Source: Monocercomonoides exilis PA203
Lineage: Eukaryota > Protista > Preaxostyla
Direction of reading: 5' to 3'
DNA length: 64,000 bases
Assembly (NCBI GenBank): GCA_001643675.2
Contig: LSRY02000020.1
Span: forward strand, 434,001 to 498,000
A program made the position numbers and the translations under genes. The first letter of the stretch is position 1, and each line of letters opens with the position of its first letter. The notes under the pieces are model-generated. The model was not told where the DNA came from. It searched no databases and saw only the letters and a program-made list of their open reading frames with translations. This document shows positions 12,801 through 26,600 of this stretch, piece after piece.

Positions 12801-14929
12801 GCTTTAAAGACAGAGTTGTCACAAAGATCACAATGACAGATTTGAATGAGGTTGCGAATGAAAAGCCTGAAGTTACTATTGCTCGATGGTGCGATGAAAA
12901 TGTTCCATTGTCCCGAACGCCAGCTGCGCGTTTGAATTATGGATTGGATCAAATGTTTGCTGTGCGTTCACCAACATACAATAAAATTGTGGATGGAAGC
13001 GTGAATGTTACACTGAAAACAGCGGACGGCGGAACAGAAACGATTCCTTTGTATTGGTATGGTCTGTCAACTGCTGAGATTTCTGGATCAACTTTGTTGT
13101 ACGATGACTATTGCAAATTGGATAAACATTCAGCAAATAATGAAAACGAGCATCAAACAACCAAAGAAGAGAGTTCTCTTTTGAATAATCGAATGCTCCA
13201 ATCATCAAGAAAGGCGGATGCAAAACTTATTGAAGAGTATGAGTCATTTACGAAAATGAGCAAAGAGCAGCTGGCGAAACAAAATGAGATAAAGATCAAA
13301 GAAATAAGAGAAAAATATGCGAATGATACAAAGTTTGTGAAAGCATATGAGAAGTTCATGGGAAACAAGCCTCTTCGCGAGATGCTTATGAAGGATCGAA
13401 TTTTGCACAAATCATTGGATCAACTGCTTCCCCCAGCGATCCAGACAATAAGGAAAATCATGAATGATGAAAATCAAAAAAAGGCCGAAGAATCGAAAGC
13501 GAGGCTTTCACGCATGACGAATGCAGTTCGTGTGAAAGAAATAGGAACGCTTCCAGGAATTATTCATGGTGTTACCATTCCTGAGTGGAAGCTTGGATAT
13601 TGCCACATTATGAGCTTTAGTCCTTCTTCCGACGAAGACATGGTAAAGTTCTTGAAGGTCTTTGCTGATGTTGTTAGTGAAGTGAAAAACAACAATTACA
13701 AAATGGTCATCGATGTGCGAAATAACGGAGGTGGAATTATTTATCTGGGAGCACAGTTGTATCATTTCTTATTCCCAGAAACTTTCCCCATAAACCCACG
13801 CTACAACTTTGTGAGAGGGAATGCATCAGATTATATTGCTTCAATAATGGCAGATAAAAAGCTTGTGGTGTACACAGACTATGAAACATTGGACGTTGTT
13901 GACGATGTGCTGGCGCTGCCGACTACAACAAAGAAGACAATTGTTGGAGGCAAAGAACGCAGCCAAACATGGAGTGGTTCGTATTCACTCAATTCTGACA
14001 GATATTTGTATGAATTCGTTGGATCTACTATTCCATCGTCACTTTATGGCAAGAATCTGTTTGATCCAAATGATTTGATGTTCATTACTGATGGTGAATG
14101 CGGTTCAACATGCTCTCAATTCTTGAAGCATGTGAAAGAGGCACAGATGGCAAAAGTTATCGGAATTGGAGGGCAATTGACACGCAAAGAAATTGATTAT
14201 GATATTGCATCGTTTGCAGCTGGAAACGTTATTCGTTCTTCGTCTATCGAAGAACTGAAGAAAGAAGTCAGTTCAAGTGCAGGCTGGCCTTCAAAGTTCC
14301 CTCGACAAAACACTGACTTGAGTTTTGCAATGTTGACTGGCTATTCATTTGACTGGAAGACAGAAGATCAACAGCTTGAGTTCAAGATAGTGAAGCCAGA
14401 TGTGGTATATCCATACTACCCCAACATTGAGGAAGCAAGAGATGAAAAAGGATACTTGACTCTTTTGGAAAAAGTGAAGAAGTATTTTGATGTGTGCTAT
14501 GACTGGCAGGTGAAAGTGAACACATCTTGCACTGTTCCCAGTGAAGATGCAAATGCGGTTTATGGAAATCCATGCAAACAAGGAAAGTTTACAAGTGAAT
14601 GTGCGTTTGCTCGCTGTGCGAATGGATATTACAGAAACAGATACGAAAAATGTGTGAAATATCCAGTGATGCCTCCGCTCCCAAAAGAAGAAGATAAGAT
14701 GACATTGGCCGCTGCTGCAATTGCTGGTATTATCGTTGGCTGTGTCCTGGCTGTGCTTGTAGTTATAGCTGTAATTGCTATATGCGTTGTTAAAGGAAAG
14801 AAATCCAAAAAGGCAAAAAAGGATGACTACCTAAGTGTGAGGCTTACTGAGCAAAGTTATCCTGCAGCTCCAAGTTATCCCGCAGAACAGAGTTATCCTG
14901 CTGATAAAGGGGTGCCAATAAAGCTTTAA
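9840..14929 (+). CDS. Type I membrane protein with two tandem peptidase S41-like domains
   Basis: Exon 1 9840-9959 (MLFIGFAIVVCTLVAG signal peptide), GT-AG intron 9960-10027, then in frame with the 1622-aa ORF. Two repeats, each with DAHT, D[LV]R[GN]NGGG and [ST]DG.CGS.C.QF plus a Cys-rich module. TM helix at ~14705-14790 followed by a KGKKSKK stop-transfer. Confidence 0.85.
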
Positions 14930-15396
14930 CAGTTCGTAGACTTTCAAATTTTGGAATTGGTTAAATTGTCTAATATTGTATATTGTAAATTTTTATCGGA
15001 TTCTTTTATTCAGAATAAGTTTTAAATATATTTAATTTTCATCTCTGAGTTGAGCAGCATCTTGTTATATTTTTTTGAGAAATTTGTCTCAATAGGAAGA
15101 ATAAATTTCGTTTTTTATTTCATTGACCAGATATTATGCATTTGGCCAAATTCAATTATTTATTTAATTTCGCTATTTTGATAGTAATAATTTTTGCAAA
15201 CTTTATTATCAACAAATTTTAAAGTTTTGTAACTCAATTGTAATTTTCAGACAAGTTTTTGGCATTTTTCTTCCTATTTGATTGACACATTGTTGTAATA
15301 TTTTATATTGTATCCTTTGTTTAATGAAACCTCCTTTCACAACAAGATGTTACCAATTCGAGAAAATTCAAACAAAAATCAAATCCTCAACAAAAA

Positions 15397-15429
<33 letters not shown>

Positions 15430-15561
15430 CCATTTGTGTTTGAAATTTTTAAATTACATTTGCAGAAAGCAACTTCTATTTTCAAAAATATATTTCTTCC
15501 CAAAGACTTTCATTTTCAAAATTTCAAAACTTATACAATGGTATTGTGATCATCAAGAATA

Positions 15562-18500
15562 ATGGAAAGAGTATTATTTCTTGATAGAGACATCAGAAAT
15601 TATTTAAACAGTTTTTCTGATAAAAATATTGAGCGTGTTGTACGGCTTACGATGTTGCATGGAATTCAATCTCTCAAGGAAAAGCATCGCACCCCAATTT
15701 CATCAGAAGAGCTGGAGACTCTTGTTGGTTTGCAATATTTTGTAAAATTATATTTCATTACCAAATTTCATAATTAAAATGTGAATAGCTTCGAAGAAAC
15801 AGAAAAATGAATTCGGTGCACCAACTGGATTAAAGTTTGAAATTATAATTGGTTTTCTTTCAAAAAAATTCTTTCTCTTATCTGTTTTGCGTTGTATTTT
15901 TTTTTTATGAAGAGGAGAAAAGCTCAGTTCAGAAGAATTGCACAATTATTACCTGAAACTTCAAAAGTCTCTGCCTCCTCATCTTCGCCATTCAAGTTTA
16001 TCCACACTTGGAACTGAAGAAATTGCGAATCTCTCCAATTTGTTGCGAGATTCATATCGCTATCCTCACACGACATATCAAGACGATTTTCTTGATTGGA
16101 GTCTGATTGGAAAAGATGAAAATTTTGGAAAAGGATATCAAAATTATAAACAAAGAATTTGCTATCCAGATACAGATTATCAGTATTCAATGACAAAAGA
16201 AGAAGAAAACGAAGTTGCTCCTTTCCGTCCCAACCGTAATTGGGTTACGCCTCCTGGAAGATCTCATTCAGCCAATCGCTTTTTTCCTCCGCCAAGCTCA
16301 TACAAATCTGATGCCTTTAAGCCTTCGGATGCCTTTCTCCCATCGCACATTCCTCCTTATTCAAAATCATATGATTCTGCTCGAAATAAGATATCTCGCC
16401 CGACTTCAGCTCTTCCTCGTTCTTTGAGAGAAACTCAAGTGAATTCTGATAGTAGAAGAACGCATAGAAAGGATTGGTTTTCCTCGGAAAGGAAAAACAT
16501 AAGTTTTGGAGGACAAAAAACTTTTAGTCCTTCGATGGCTGCCCCTTCGAGTTACACCCATCCTCGTAGACCACCATCTTTGAAATCAGACGTTCCGTTT
16601 TTTCCGTCATATGACAATGGTATTCATTTTGAATATTTCTCATTTGTTTAAAGAATTTTTTTTTTGAACCTGTTTTGTTGTTGGAAAACAATTTAAATTC
16701 AAAACGACACAAATTTGAGAAGATTACTCAAAAGAAGGTGCTTACGGGATCAGACGCAGCGAAATCGAGCCTTCTTTCGAAGATGCGGAGAAAGAAAACT
16801 GGCGGCAGGAAAGCTTAGGAGAATGTGAGTGGGAAAGAAAGAAGAAGGAAGAAATCGCTGAAATAAGGAAGCAGCAAGAGGCCTCTGAGAAAGAAGAGAT
16901 GAAGGCGCTGCTGATGCATCTGGTGGCGAAGGAAGAAGAACGCGAAGAGAAGCGAAAGCTGAGGCAGAAAAAGAGGGAGTACGAAAAATGGCAGGAGTGG
17001 AAGAAGCAGAGAGACGAGGCGCTGCGGCAGGAGATGAAGAAGCAGCGGAAGGCGGAGAAGATGAAGGAGAAGGCTGCGTCTTCGGGCCATAAAACACAGA
17101 GAGATAAAGGAAGGGGAAATGAAGAGGCAAAAGAAAGTGCAGGAATGAGTGGAGAAGAAAAAGGGTATGAGGAAGAAAGAGGCAGAGAGGGAACAAGAAT
17201 GCAGAATGAAGAAGGCTCAAAGAAATCATATGACGTATATGAAGCGGAAAAGGAAAGGAGACGAGAAGAGAGTGAAAGAGCTGCTGAAGCTGATTTTGCA
17301 GATGATGAATACAAACACTTCACAGACAATTCATCCAGAAATGAACAGAATGAAAGAGGAAGCAATGCAAGCAGTGCTTATTCGCACCGGCCTCATTCAG
17401 CTGAAAGGTTCCATTCTTCTTTTGAGACAGAACCGCTGAAAAGAACAGCGTCGCTTCTGTCTCCGCCTCGCCCGCTGGAGCACACTTTGGCTTCGTCTTA
17501 TGCTGGAAAGAGCGATTTGAGGGCAACAAATAGCCATCTCAATGATAATTCTGATGATGTTCATCACTCTCCACAAACACAACACATGTCAGGCACTCCA
17601 CGTTCAAGTGCAAGCAACACTGGCCGTTCACATCCCTCCACCCCATCAGCAACTATAGTTGCATCATCGTCGTCGTCATCATCATCATCATCAGCTTCAG
17701 CTTCAGCTTCTTCTGCAGCACCCCGCTCTCAATCATCTTCACCTCGTAGCATAAAGACGCCTCATCGCAGCTCTCATCCTGCGACTCCGACGAATCGTTC
17801 GCTGCATTTGACGCCTGGAACACGCCGTTCGCATTCAGTCATTGCTGAAATGGTGCAGTTTGACAGGGAAGAATACAAGGCACGCAACTCACAGAACCAG
17901 CCAAGTGAGACAGAGAGAGAAAGAGAAAGAGAAAAAGAAAGAGAAATGGAGAGGGAGAGAGAGAAAGAAAGGGAAGAAGAAGAACGTTTTGTTTATGCAG
18001 AAGATACAGAAAGAGAGAAAGAAAAGACCGAACGAAGCAAAAGATCGATCGAACTGAGCCAGACACTTTCATCACGAAACACGTCAAACTCTGCAAAATC
18101 TTTATCCGTCATCCAAACACCCGAGCATTACAGCTCATTTTCCTCGCCACACTCGCCTTTTGCTTCGAAGCCATCTTCTCGTTCTTCTCCTTCTGCTTTA
18201 TCTTCTTCGCACGCTTCGCCTGCCACTTCTGTGCGCAGTGCCAAAACATCCTCGTCTTTTGCCCAATCACAGGCACAGCCTCAAAGTCAGCCTCAGAGCA
18301 GGCCTCAAAGTCGGCATCAAAGTCAGCCTCAAACACCGCAAAGCAGCAGAACAGGAGCAGCTGGTCTTCCGCCTCGCTCGCCAGAATCAGCACAAAGCAA
18401 ACATTTGGCACCTCCTTCTCCTTCTCAGTCTCATTCTTCGCTTTCTGAGGAAGAGCCTTCAACTTCTTCCTCGTCGTCTTCATATTCGTCGTCTTCTTCG

Positions 18501-20678
18501 TACTCATCGTATTCATCTGGAGACATTCCAGAAGCCTTTGACAACAAAAGAATGATTGAGCATTCACAAATGAGCACAGAATTGTCAATGAGCGACGAAG
18601 AATATAAGCACACCAACAGCTCAGCCAGGCGCTCTGTGCCTTCCACTCCGCTATCACAAAAGCATCCTTCGCAAACAGAAGACAATTCAAAGAGGAATTC
18701 TCCTTCTTCACAAACACCTCGTTCTGCCCATTCGCACCACACACATTCAGACACACCCACATCTCGTTCTTCTCATCGCTCAAGGAAATCAAATGCATCG
18801 CAACAGGCAGACGAAGAAAGACAGTTGTCTGCCAGCCGAAAGCGAGAGAATGAAAGAGAAGAGAATGTTTACGCGAATTCCGCGCGTTCTGGAAAGTTGG
18901 GAAATTCTCCATCACTTTTGCATTCGATGCAGATTGGCAGTCCAAACAGCCATTTCAAAGAAATTAGACCAGATTCAGCTGCATCTCAATCTTTTTCGCC
19001 TGCAACTTCGCAAAATAGATGGACTGACAGAAAACAGAACGAAATGGCAGGGCAAGAACTGACAGTGGAAGAAAAAGAGACACAACTGACGAAAGAAAGA
19101 GAAATATCAGCAGAGGAATCAGCAGCAGACGAAAAGGATATGACAAGCGATGTCAAATTAAATCAGTCGAGAAAAGAAACAACTGAACAATCAGCCACTT
19201 CTGATTCTTTTCCTTCTTCGTATTCTTCGCCTTCTGCTTCTACGTCTTCATCAACATCATCTTCTTCCTCTTCCTCCTCTTCCTCATTCTCTTCTAATAA
19301 TTCTTCTTTCCATCTTCCACCAATCGAATGCTTCAAATGTCACACTCCAATTCCTATTGCACTTTACACAGAGCACGTGAAGCAATGCAATGGAGTGCCT
19401 TCTTCTTCTGCTTCTTCTTCTTCTTCTTCAAATCCTTCTGAACTAAATGCTCATGATATAACCAATCTTAAAGCTACATCATTGCAATCCAAGCCACTTT
19501 CAACATCAACACCGTCTCATCCTCTTCCTTCTTCTTCCACCTCTTCCTCTCCTTCCTCTCCTTCTCTTACTCATCAACTGAAAACACCAGAAGCGCACAG
19601 CTCGTTTGCTTCATCGCCTCCACACAGCAACCAAACATCCCATCAGACTTCTTTCACTCCACTTCTAAACACCCAAAAAGCAATGCCATCGTCATTTCTG
19701 ACTGAACAATCTTCCACTCCTTCGTTTTCTTCTTCTGATTCTTCTTCTTCTTCATTTTCATCTTCATCACCCTCATCTTCTTCTTCTTCTTCGACTTCTG
19801 CCTTTTCTTCCATTTTGGATGATTCGTCACAAATGTCGCATGATATCTCCACCGTTTCTTCATCCAAGTTCCCTCTAACATCACCACATCCACATCATTT
19901 ACGTTCTCCTCCTCCTTCTTCTTCCTCATCATCATCATCTTCTTCTCCTCCTCCTTCTCTTCCACTTCCTCCTTCATCTTTTCGTTCATCCCCTGCCTCT
20001 TCTCATTTGCATGCTTCTGCTGCTGCTTCAAATGCCTCTCCAAACATTCGCTTTGGTGCAACTGCTGAACGACCTCTAGAAACTCCTTCATCTTCTCTTC
20101 TTGTTTCTTCTCCTGCGCGAGATATTCCACCAAAAACTGAAATAGCACAAGCTGAATCACCAGCAGATGTAACATCGTCATCTTCATCAACATCTTCTTC
20201 TTCTTCTTCTTCTTCTTCTTCTTCTTTCTCTTCTTTGCCGATGTCTGCTTCCGAATTCCCATCTTCTTCTGCACTTTCGTCTGAACTTGCCTCAACAAGT
20301 CAATTTGAAAGTGAAGACAGCACAAGCAGAAATCTTAAGTCGTCATTGACTGAAGAACTGGCAAATCAACCTTCGTCTTATTCCTCAAATACAACTACCT
20401 TGCTTTCATCATCATCGTCTTCTTCTTCTTCTTCTTCTTCTTCTTCTTCCAATTTACCTGATTATTCTTCATCTTCTCTTCCATCTTCTGTTTTGGCAGA
20501 TTCATCATCATCTGAACTGAGCACAGCTGATACTCATTCTCCGGGTCACCCTTCTTCAACAGCCTCTTCTTCAAATGGAGTGCCTGTGGTTTCGAAAAAT
20601 GAACTTTTCGCTTCGATGGAAAACCTGCTGAAAAGCATGCAGCAGCATTTAGATTCCTATGATGCGAATAAAAGCTGA
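15562..20678 (+). CDS. Multi-exon hypothetical protein: coiled coil plus long Ser-rich disordered region with a C2HC zinc-knuckle
   Basis: Consecutive ORFs 15562, 15938 and 16899 are separated by AT-rich GT..AG gaps. E/K/R-rich coiled coil at ~16800-17100; CFKC..HVKQC at ~19328-19387. Exon boundaries approximate. Confidence 0.6.
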
Positions 20679-21981
20679 ATGAAGATTTTAAAAAAAAAAT
20701 TGATTTTTAGTTTGTTATTTCATTGAAACTTATTTTGTCTTTTCTTCTTCTTCCATTTTTATCATCTTATGGATGGCACTTGCAGAATCACTTCATGCCT
20801 TTGAAATTTTCTTTTGTAATATTTCTGAGAAAATCATCTTGAATAACGTTGTCATTTTATGAATTGGTAAAGATCTTTTTAAATATGTTTGAATTGATTG
20901 GCTCACCTAAAAGAACCCTTATTGCTTGAAGGCATATGGTTTCAACAGGGTTTTCTAATATTATGACAAATAAAAATGCTTTGCCATAATTCATCTTTCG
21001 ACAAAAAAAGAAATGATGCACATTAATGTTTCACAAGGTTCAATTCTTCTTTTTTTAAATACTTTATTTGTTACCCCTTTAAAAGAGCAACTTCGAAGTT
21101 ATTTCTTTGATCTGCAAATGTTTTCTATGAAAAAAAGAAATCAATAAAAAAATTTGTTTATTTCAAGAACATTTTGATATGAAATTTTTCGAAAAATTTA
21201 GCGTCAGAAAGTTATTAATAATAATCGTGAAAAAGAATATTTTTTTATATTTTAATAATGGCCTTTTTGTGCACCTCAGAAGTGAAAATTTTTGTCTCAA
21301 AAAAATAGTGTAAAAATAACATTTGAGGTCAAGATAAAATATGCTCCCTATATCAGTGAGTCTTGTGCGTTTCTTAGATTGCACCAGGGAGACATGGAGA
21401 GCTTCGAAATTCAATTTCTGATTCCGTTTTTGCTTCAAAAACAAATGAGGAACTCCATCAACAAGACATCTAATTATCGAGTATATTTCTGCAACCGAAG
21501 AGCATTCATATCAGCCACATCTGGATTTCATTCTTCAAAGGGATAGACATTTTGTGCAAGCAAGTCGATTATTATTCGAGGTTTGTTTTCTTCGATGCCA
21601 CAGCATATGAAAGAGAATTTGACTGTTTTTGTTTTCATCGTTTGTTTTTCAATGAAGTCATTGTATAAGTCTGCGTCTATATTTGTGCACGGTTCTTTGA
21701 ATTTTGTGCCTTGAGCATCAGAGAATGCATTTCAGAAGCATTGTCATCTGCATCATGAGCATTGAATGAATGCCAACCTTCCATCCATCTTCCTCATCAA
21801 TGCTGAAGCACAGCCAACTTGTTCTCTTCATTTTCATCAGGGTTTATCTTCCTCATCTTCAATCTCGTTGACATTTGACACCTTTCAATCACGCAGGCCG
21901 AAGAATTATATCCTTTTTGTTCAAAAGCATGAACATTTCTGTCTTTCTCAACAACTTCATTTCGTTTGCCTCAATCAACCA

Positions 21982-22052
<71 letters not shown>

Positions 22053-22067
22053 CATTATTATTATTAT
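21982..22067. repeat. (ATT)n microsatellite
   Basis: About 28 ATT units with one ATC variant. Confidence 0.95.
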
Positions 22068-23325
22068 CTTCAAACAATTCCAAAAAATCACCCAATAATA
22101 ACCTTTGTCAGGGCTGTTCTTTTTATTGTGTTAATTCCGCAACTAGGTTGAAAACAATCACATAAAATCGAAATAACATGAAGTCTGTCGACTTGACGAG
22201 GAAGTGCAAGCAAAAGCATCAAATGCAAACGCAAATGCGAAGAAGAAGAAGAAGAAGAGAAAGAAGAAGAAGAAGAAGAAGAAGAGAGGAGGAGGAGGAG
22301 AATGGTTAATAAGATCGACTTCTATGAATGTGTTTTGTGATACAGAAGCTTTTTTCGAATTCTTCTTCTTTTTCTCGTTCTTCTTTTCACAATCCGACTG
22401 AAGAATCTATTAACGTTGGAAATGTTCCAACTGGCCGAAAGAAGAAGGAAGAAGAGATGAAAGTAGGGACAATGCAGAATGGAAAGAAAAGAGCGAGAGA
22501 TTGGGAAGGAAGAAGAGGCCAATGGAGTTATTTGCATTTTGCAATGAGAATGCTAAGCTGGCAAAGAATGGCAAATTGTGTTTGTACTTGTTTGTAGAAA
22601 GCATTTTTTTTTTTCTTTTTGATTGATTGATAAAAATTTTGAAGAAATGTGAAATATGAGAAACGATTGAATTGATTTTTATTTTTATTTTTATTTTGTT
22701 AAATGTCTTTTTGAGTTATAATAACGACACATTAAATTATTTTATTTGTATATTTATTTTTATAAAATATGAGAAGAGAATGTTCACGTTGCATGTTCTC
22801 TCAATTGGAACAAAGGATTTCTAAAAAGGCATCTTTTCTCTGAAAAAAGCAGATGAGGGTTTTTAAATAACAAACATTGGCTGTCTGTATAAAATGGATA
22901 AATATGCAAAATTGAGAAGGAACAAGAAAGCGGGGGATGAATAAAGCAGAAGAAGTTGTTTGGATGTTTGGAGCAAAGAAGCAGAAGAAGAGGAATGAGA
23001 AAGAGAGGAAATGAAGAGAAGAAGAGGGAAGAGGGAAGAGGAATTGATCAGGAAAATGATGCGAAAGTTGGAGGAAAGTTATGAAGGGAGAGCAGTTGAT
23101 CAGTAGACGAATGGAAGAATGAGAGGGTGGATGAAGTAAGATTCATCATTTGAGAGCAATGAGAGAAATGACATTTGACAATTCAAAACAACGCATTCAA
23201 AGGGTGATTTTGAGGTAATTTTTTGGATGGGAGATTTTTTACCTTTTCAGGCTTTCGTTGGACAGCAATTTCTTTTTGAAAAGGTTTTTTTTTTGTCTTT
23301 TTTTTTCCAGTTTCATCTTTATTTA

Positions 23326-23372
23326 TTTAATTTAATTTAATTTAATTTAATTTAAATAAATTTAATTTAATT
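23326..23372. repeat. (TTTAA)n pentanucleotide tract
   Basis: Repeated AATTT units ~250 bp upstream of the 23625 ATG. Confidence 0.8.
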
Positions 23373-23624
23373 TTATTTTTTTTTTTCATTTTTTGAAGTG
23401 AAAGAATTTCATGTGCATCAACAAATACCGATTCATGCCTGAAAAAAACCAAAGAAGCTACATGCTTTGGATATGCCCCAGATGTATTTCAAAAGCCCAC
23501 AAAATGATTTGCTGAAAGAAATCCTTTTCTCTCTTTTCAATTGTGAAAAAAACCATTATTTATTTCAATTTGATCATCCGGAAAAAAATAAAAATTTTCA
23601 AATCAAAATTGATTTTCATTCCAC

Positions 23625-26600
23625 ATGAGAATGCTTTTGTTCCTTTTTGCATGTTTGGTTTTTTGGAAGACATTTGAATCACAAGATGTCTCTGGAACTG
23701 CCACATTGAAAAACAAAAGTATTATTTTGAAAAATATTTTTTTCATTAATTCTCTTTATTTGGGTTTAGGTTATTCCAATGATGCGCAATTTCAATTAAA
23801 GGACGACTGCAATTATTTATTCGAGCAGAATACATTGTTAGGAGTGAAAATATTGCATTCAAGTATTTCTACAGTGAAAAACACATTTTTGGGATTCCAC
23901 AATTCTACAGTTGGACTGAAAAATGTGGCAATTGAATATTTGTCTTCTCCTTTGATGCTTATAACATACAAATCAACTATAATGATTGATTCCTGCATTT
24001 CTTACCAAAAATCGGAATCTCCGTTTCTTTTACAAAGTGGGTCAATCTGCCTCACAAATTTGAGTTTGATTCCCCAAAAGAATCTGAACCCCTCCAGTCT
24101 CATATTTTCATTTGATGATTTAAATTTTGCCATTTTGAAAAATTCGATCATTACAGATCTGGACATTTCCTCTTCATTCAATTTCCTACTGTCCGGAAAG
24201 AGCCAAAGTGAACAGATTAATAATTGTGCCTTCAGGAACATGTCTGTAAAGTCTAACATAAACGGTGATTTCCAAATGGAACATTCATGTTTGTTGAGTT
24301 CGATGGAGAACTGCCTCATTTATTCATGCGTGAATGCCTTTGAAGGAGGGATCACAGGTGGATCCTATTCTTCAGAGACATTTGTCTGCAAAAACACGAC
24401 AATAAGCTACGGGAAGAGGGAAATAAATGCTCTTAATAAAACACAACGAATAGATACAACAGAAAGTCAAACATTTTTATCATGTGAATGGGTTGATTGC
24501 ACGTCACCACAAGGAGGTGCCCTTTATGTGCATAACAATGAAAATGCTATTCTATCTGTGGAGAATTCGTCATTTACAAGATGCAATGCTTCATCCACAA
24601 AAGGGGGTGCAATATATGCTTTGAAAATTGCTGAATGCATTGTGCTTCATTCATTTTTCACTCAAAGCACATGTGCTTCAATAAATGTTGATGGTGGAGG
24701 AGGAGGAATTATGGCAGAGAATGTGCATGTGCAATCTATGGTTGATGATTGCTCCTTTAGCAATTGTTCATCGGGCAACGACGGGGGTGCAATAAACCTA
24801 CGTCCTACAAAAACAGAAAGGCAGAAGTATTGCATCATCAATTCATGCTTTGAATGCTGCAAAGCAAGCAATTCTACAACGTCCACCGGAGGTGCCATTG
24901 AACATTGGGAATCAACAGACAAAGTCGTCATTACGAATTGTCTCTTTTGCCGCTGTCATTCGATCTGCGGGGGTGCAGTAAGCCAACAAATTAATGCGAA
25001 TAATAATGGAATTTTATTTTATTATTGCTTTTTTCACAATAATACATGCACAAATGCAGGTCATGATATATATTTTGATGATTCTTCGGAAAATAACATT
25101 GATTCCAGCTGCTTCTCAACAAGGAAAACAGGAAATAGAGTGAGCACAAAATATGACTCAATTGTTGATCGAAGTGAATGGCTTCGAAACGATTTTGGAA
25201 CTGCGAGATTTGTTTCTTCGACTGAAACAAAAGCAAGTGCCAAAGACACGTTTGCATGTGGAATTAATGAAACTTATCCATGCAACACCATCAGCCGTTG
25301 CCTTACACAACTCATTCCAGACTTGGTTCCCAATGTTGAAGTATCTTCGGGAACGATTATCGAAACAAATAGTTTTGATTGTAGAACAGACAGTTTCACT
25401 GTTTATGGCCAAAGCGATTTGAATACAATGATCCAAATTGAATCTGAAGAATCAGGCTTATCTCTTTTTTCTGTATCAGCGGGAACATTGACTGTCAGAG
25501 ACTTTGCTGTTATTCACGATTCGGCATATGCAAATAATCGTGGGTCAAGGCTGTTTGAGATCAAAGGAACAGGAGAAATACATATTTGCAGACTGAACAT
25601 ATCTTTTGGGAGCGGACAATCAACAGAAACAGCATTTTCGACAGAACTGATAAATGTCCAGAATGGGGTGTTTCAGATGGAACATGTGAACTGGGCAAAG
25701 ACGATTTCCACAGATTCACTGTTTTCGCTTTCTTCGACAAATGAAATTTCATTGATACTATCCGAATGCACCTTTAGTGGAATAGAAAGAACTTCAAGCG
25801 GAGCAGCTGTGATGTCGTTTTCCAATGACAAGGCAAATATTGAGCTGAATTCTTGCACTTTTGAAGGATGTGGAAGCAGAACATCAGCTGATGGAGGATC
25901 GATGATGCTATGTGTTGGGAATGAGAATGAAGTGAAAGTGAAAGGCGGATCTTTTGATGGGTGCTTTTGCTCAGCAACAGATGGTCTTGGAGGAGGAATT
26001 CTTCTTCAGTCATTGACTGAAGACCCAGATTTTATTATTTCTTCCACATTCGGAACAAACACAGCCAAGTGGGGGAATGATATCTTCGTCATTTCACCAA
26101 ATCTGGAGGCTATTGCAAATCCTCAAAAGATCTCGTGTGTGACAAATTCATTGGATTCGTTTGACAAAGTGCGAGGATATGAAAACGGAAATACGAGTGT
26201 TGCTATCCCTCTGTGCATTTATCTTCTTCCCACTCCAGAAGAAATATACTTAAGCAACATTGAGTCACATGATCATTCACACTGTGGAATTGTCCAATTC
26301 CCTTGTTTGACAATGAAGCACTCTCTCACACGTCAAACAGGAACAAAGAAAATTATTGTAAATGGAATGATTTTGATGAGTGATGAATTGGATTTTGCTG
26401 GACAGAAGCATGAAATCCGAGGAAATGATGATCAAAGTGGTTGGACAGTTTCTGATTCAAGTTCAACATCCATTTCAGCTATAATAACAATAAATGCTGA
26501 AACAATTTTGTCAAAACTAATCTTCTCTATTCCTCCTTCTCTCTCTTCACACTCTACTTTTGTTTTGTCTTCTTCATCAATAACTTTATCTCAATGCTCT

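Noticed and set aside
16742-20325. Long antisense and alternate-frame ORFs (poly-K/E/L/F)
   Set aside because: Shadows of TCT/TCA/GAA low-complexity coding sequence; the same applies across 53700-60600.
21290-21760. Coding-like GC-richer stretch
   Set aside because: Stops in all frames and no recognisable motif.
21766-22165. ORFs with poly-I, poly-L, poly-Y and poly-N
   Set aside because: Translations of the (ATT)n microsatellite.
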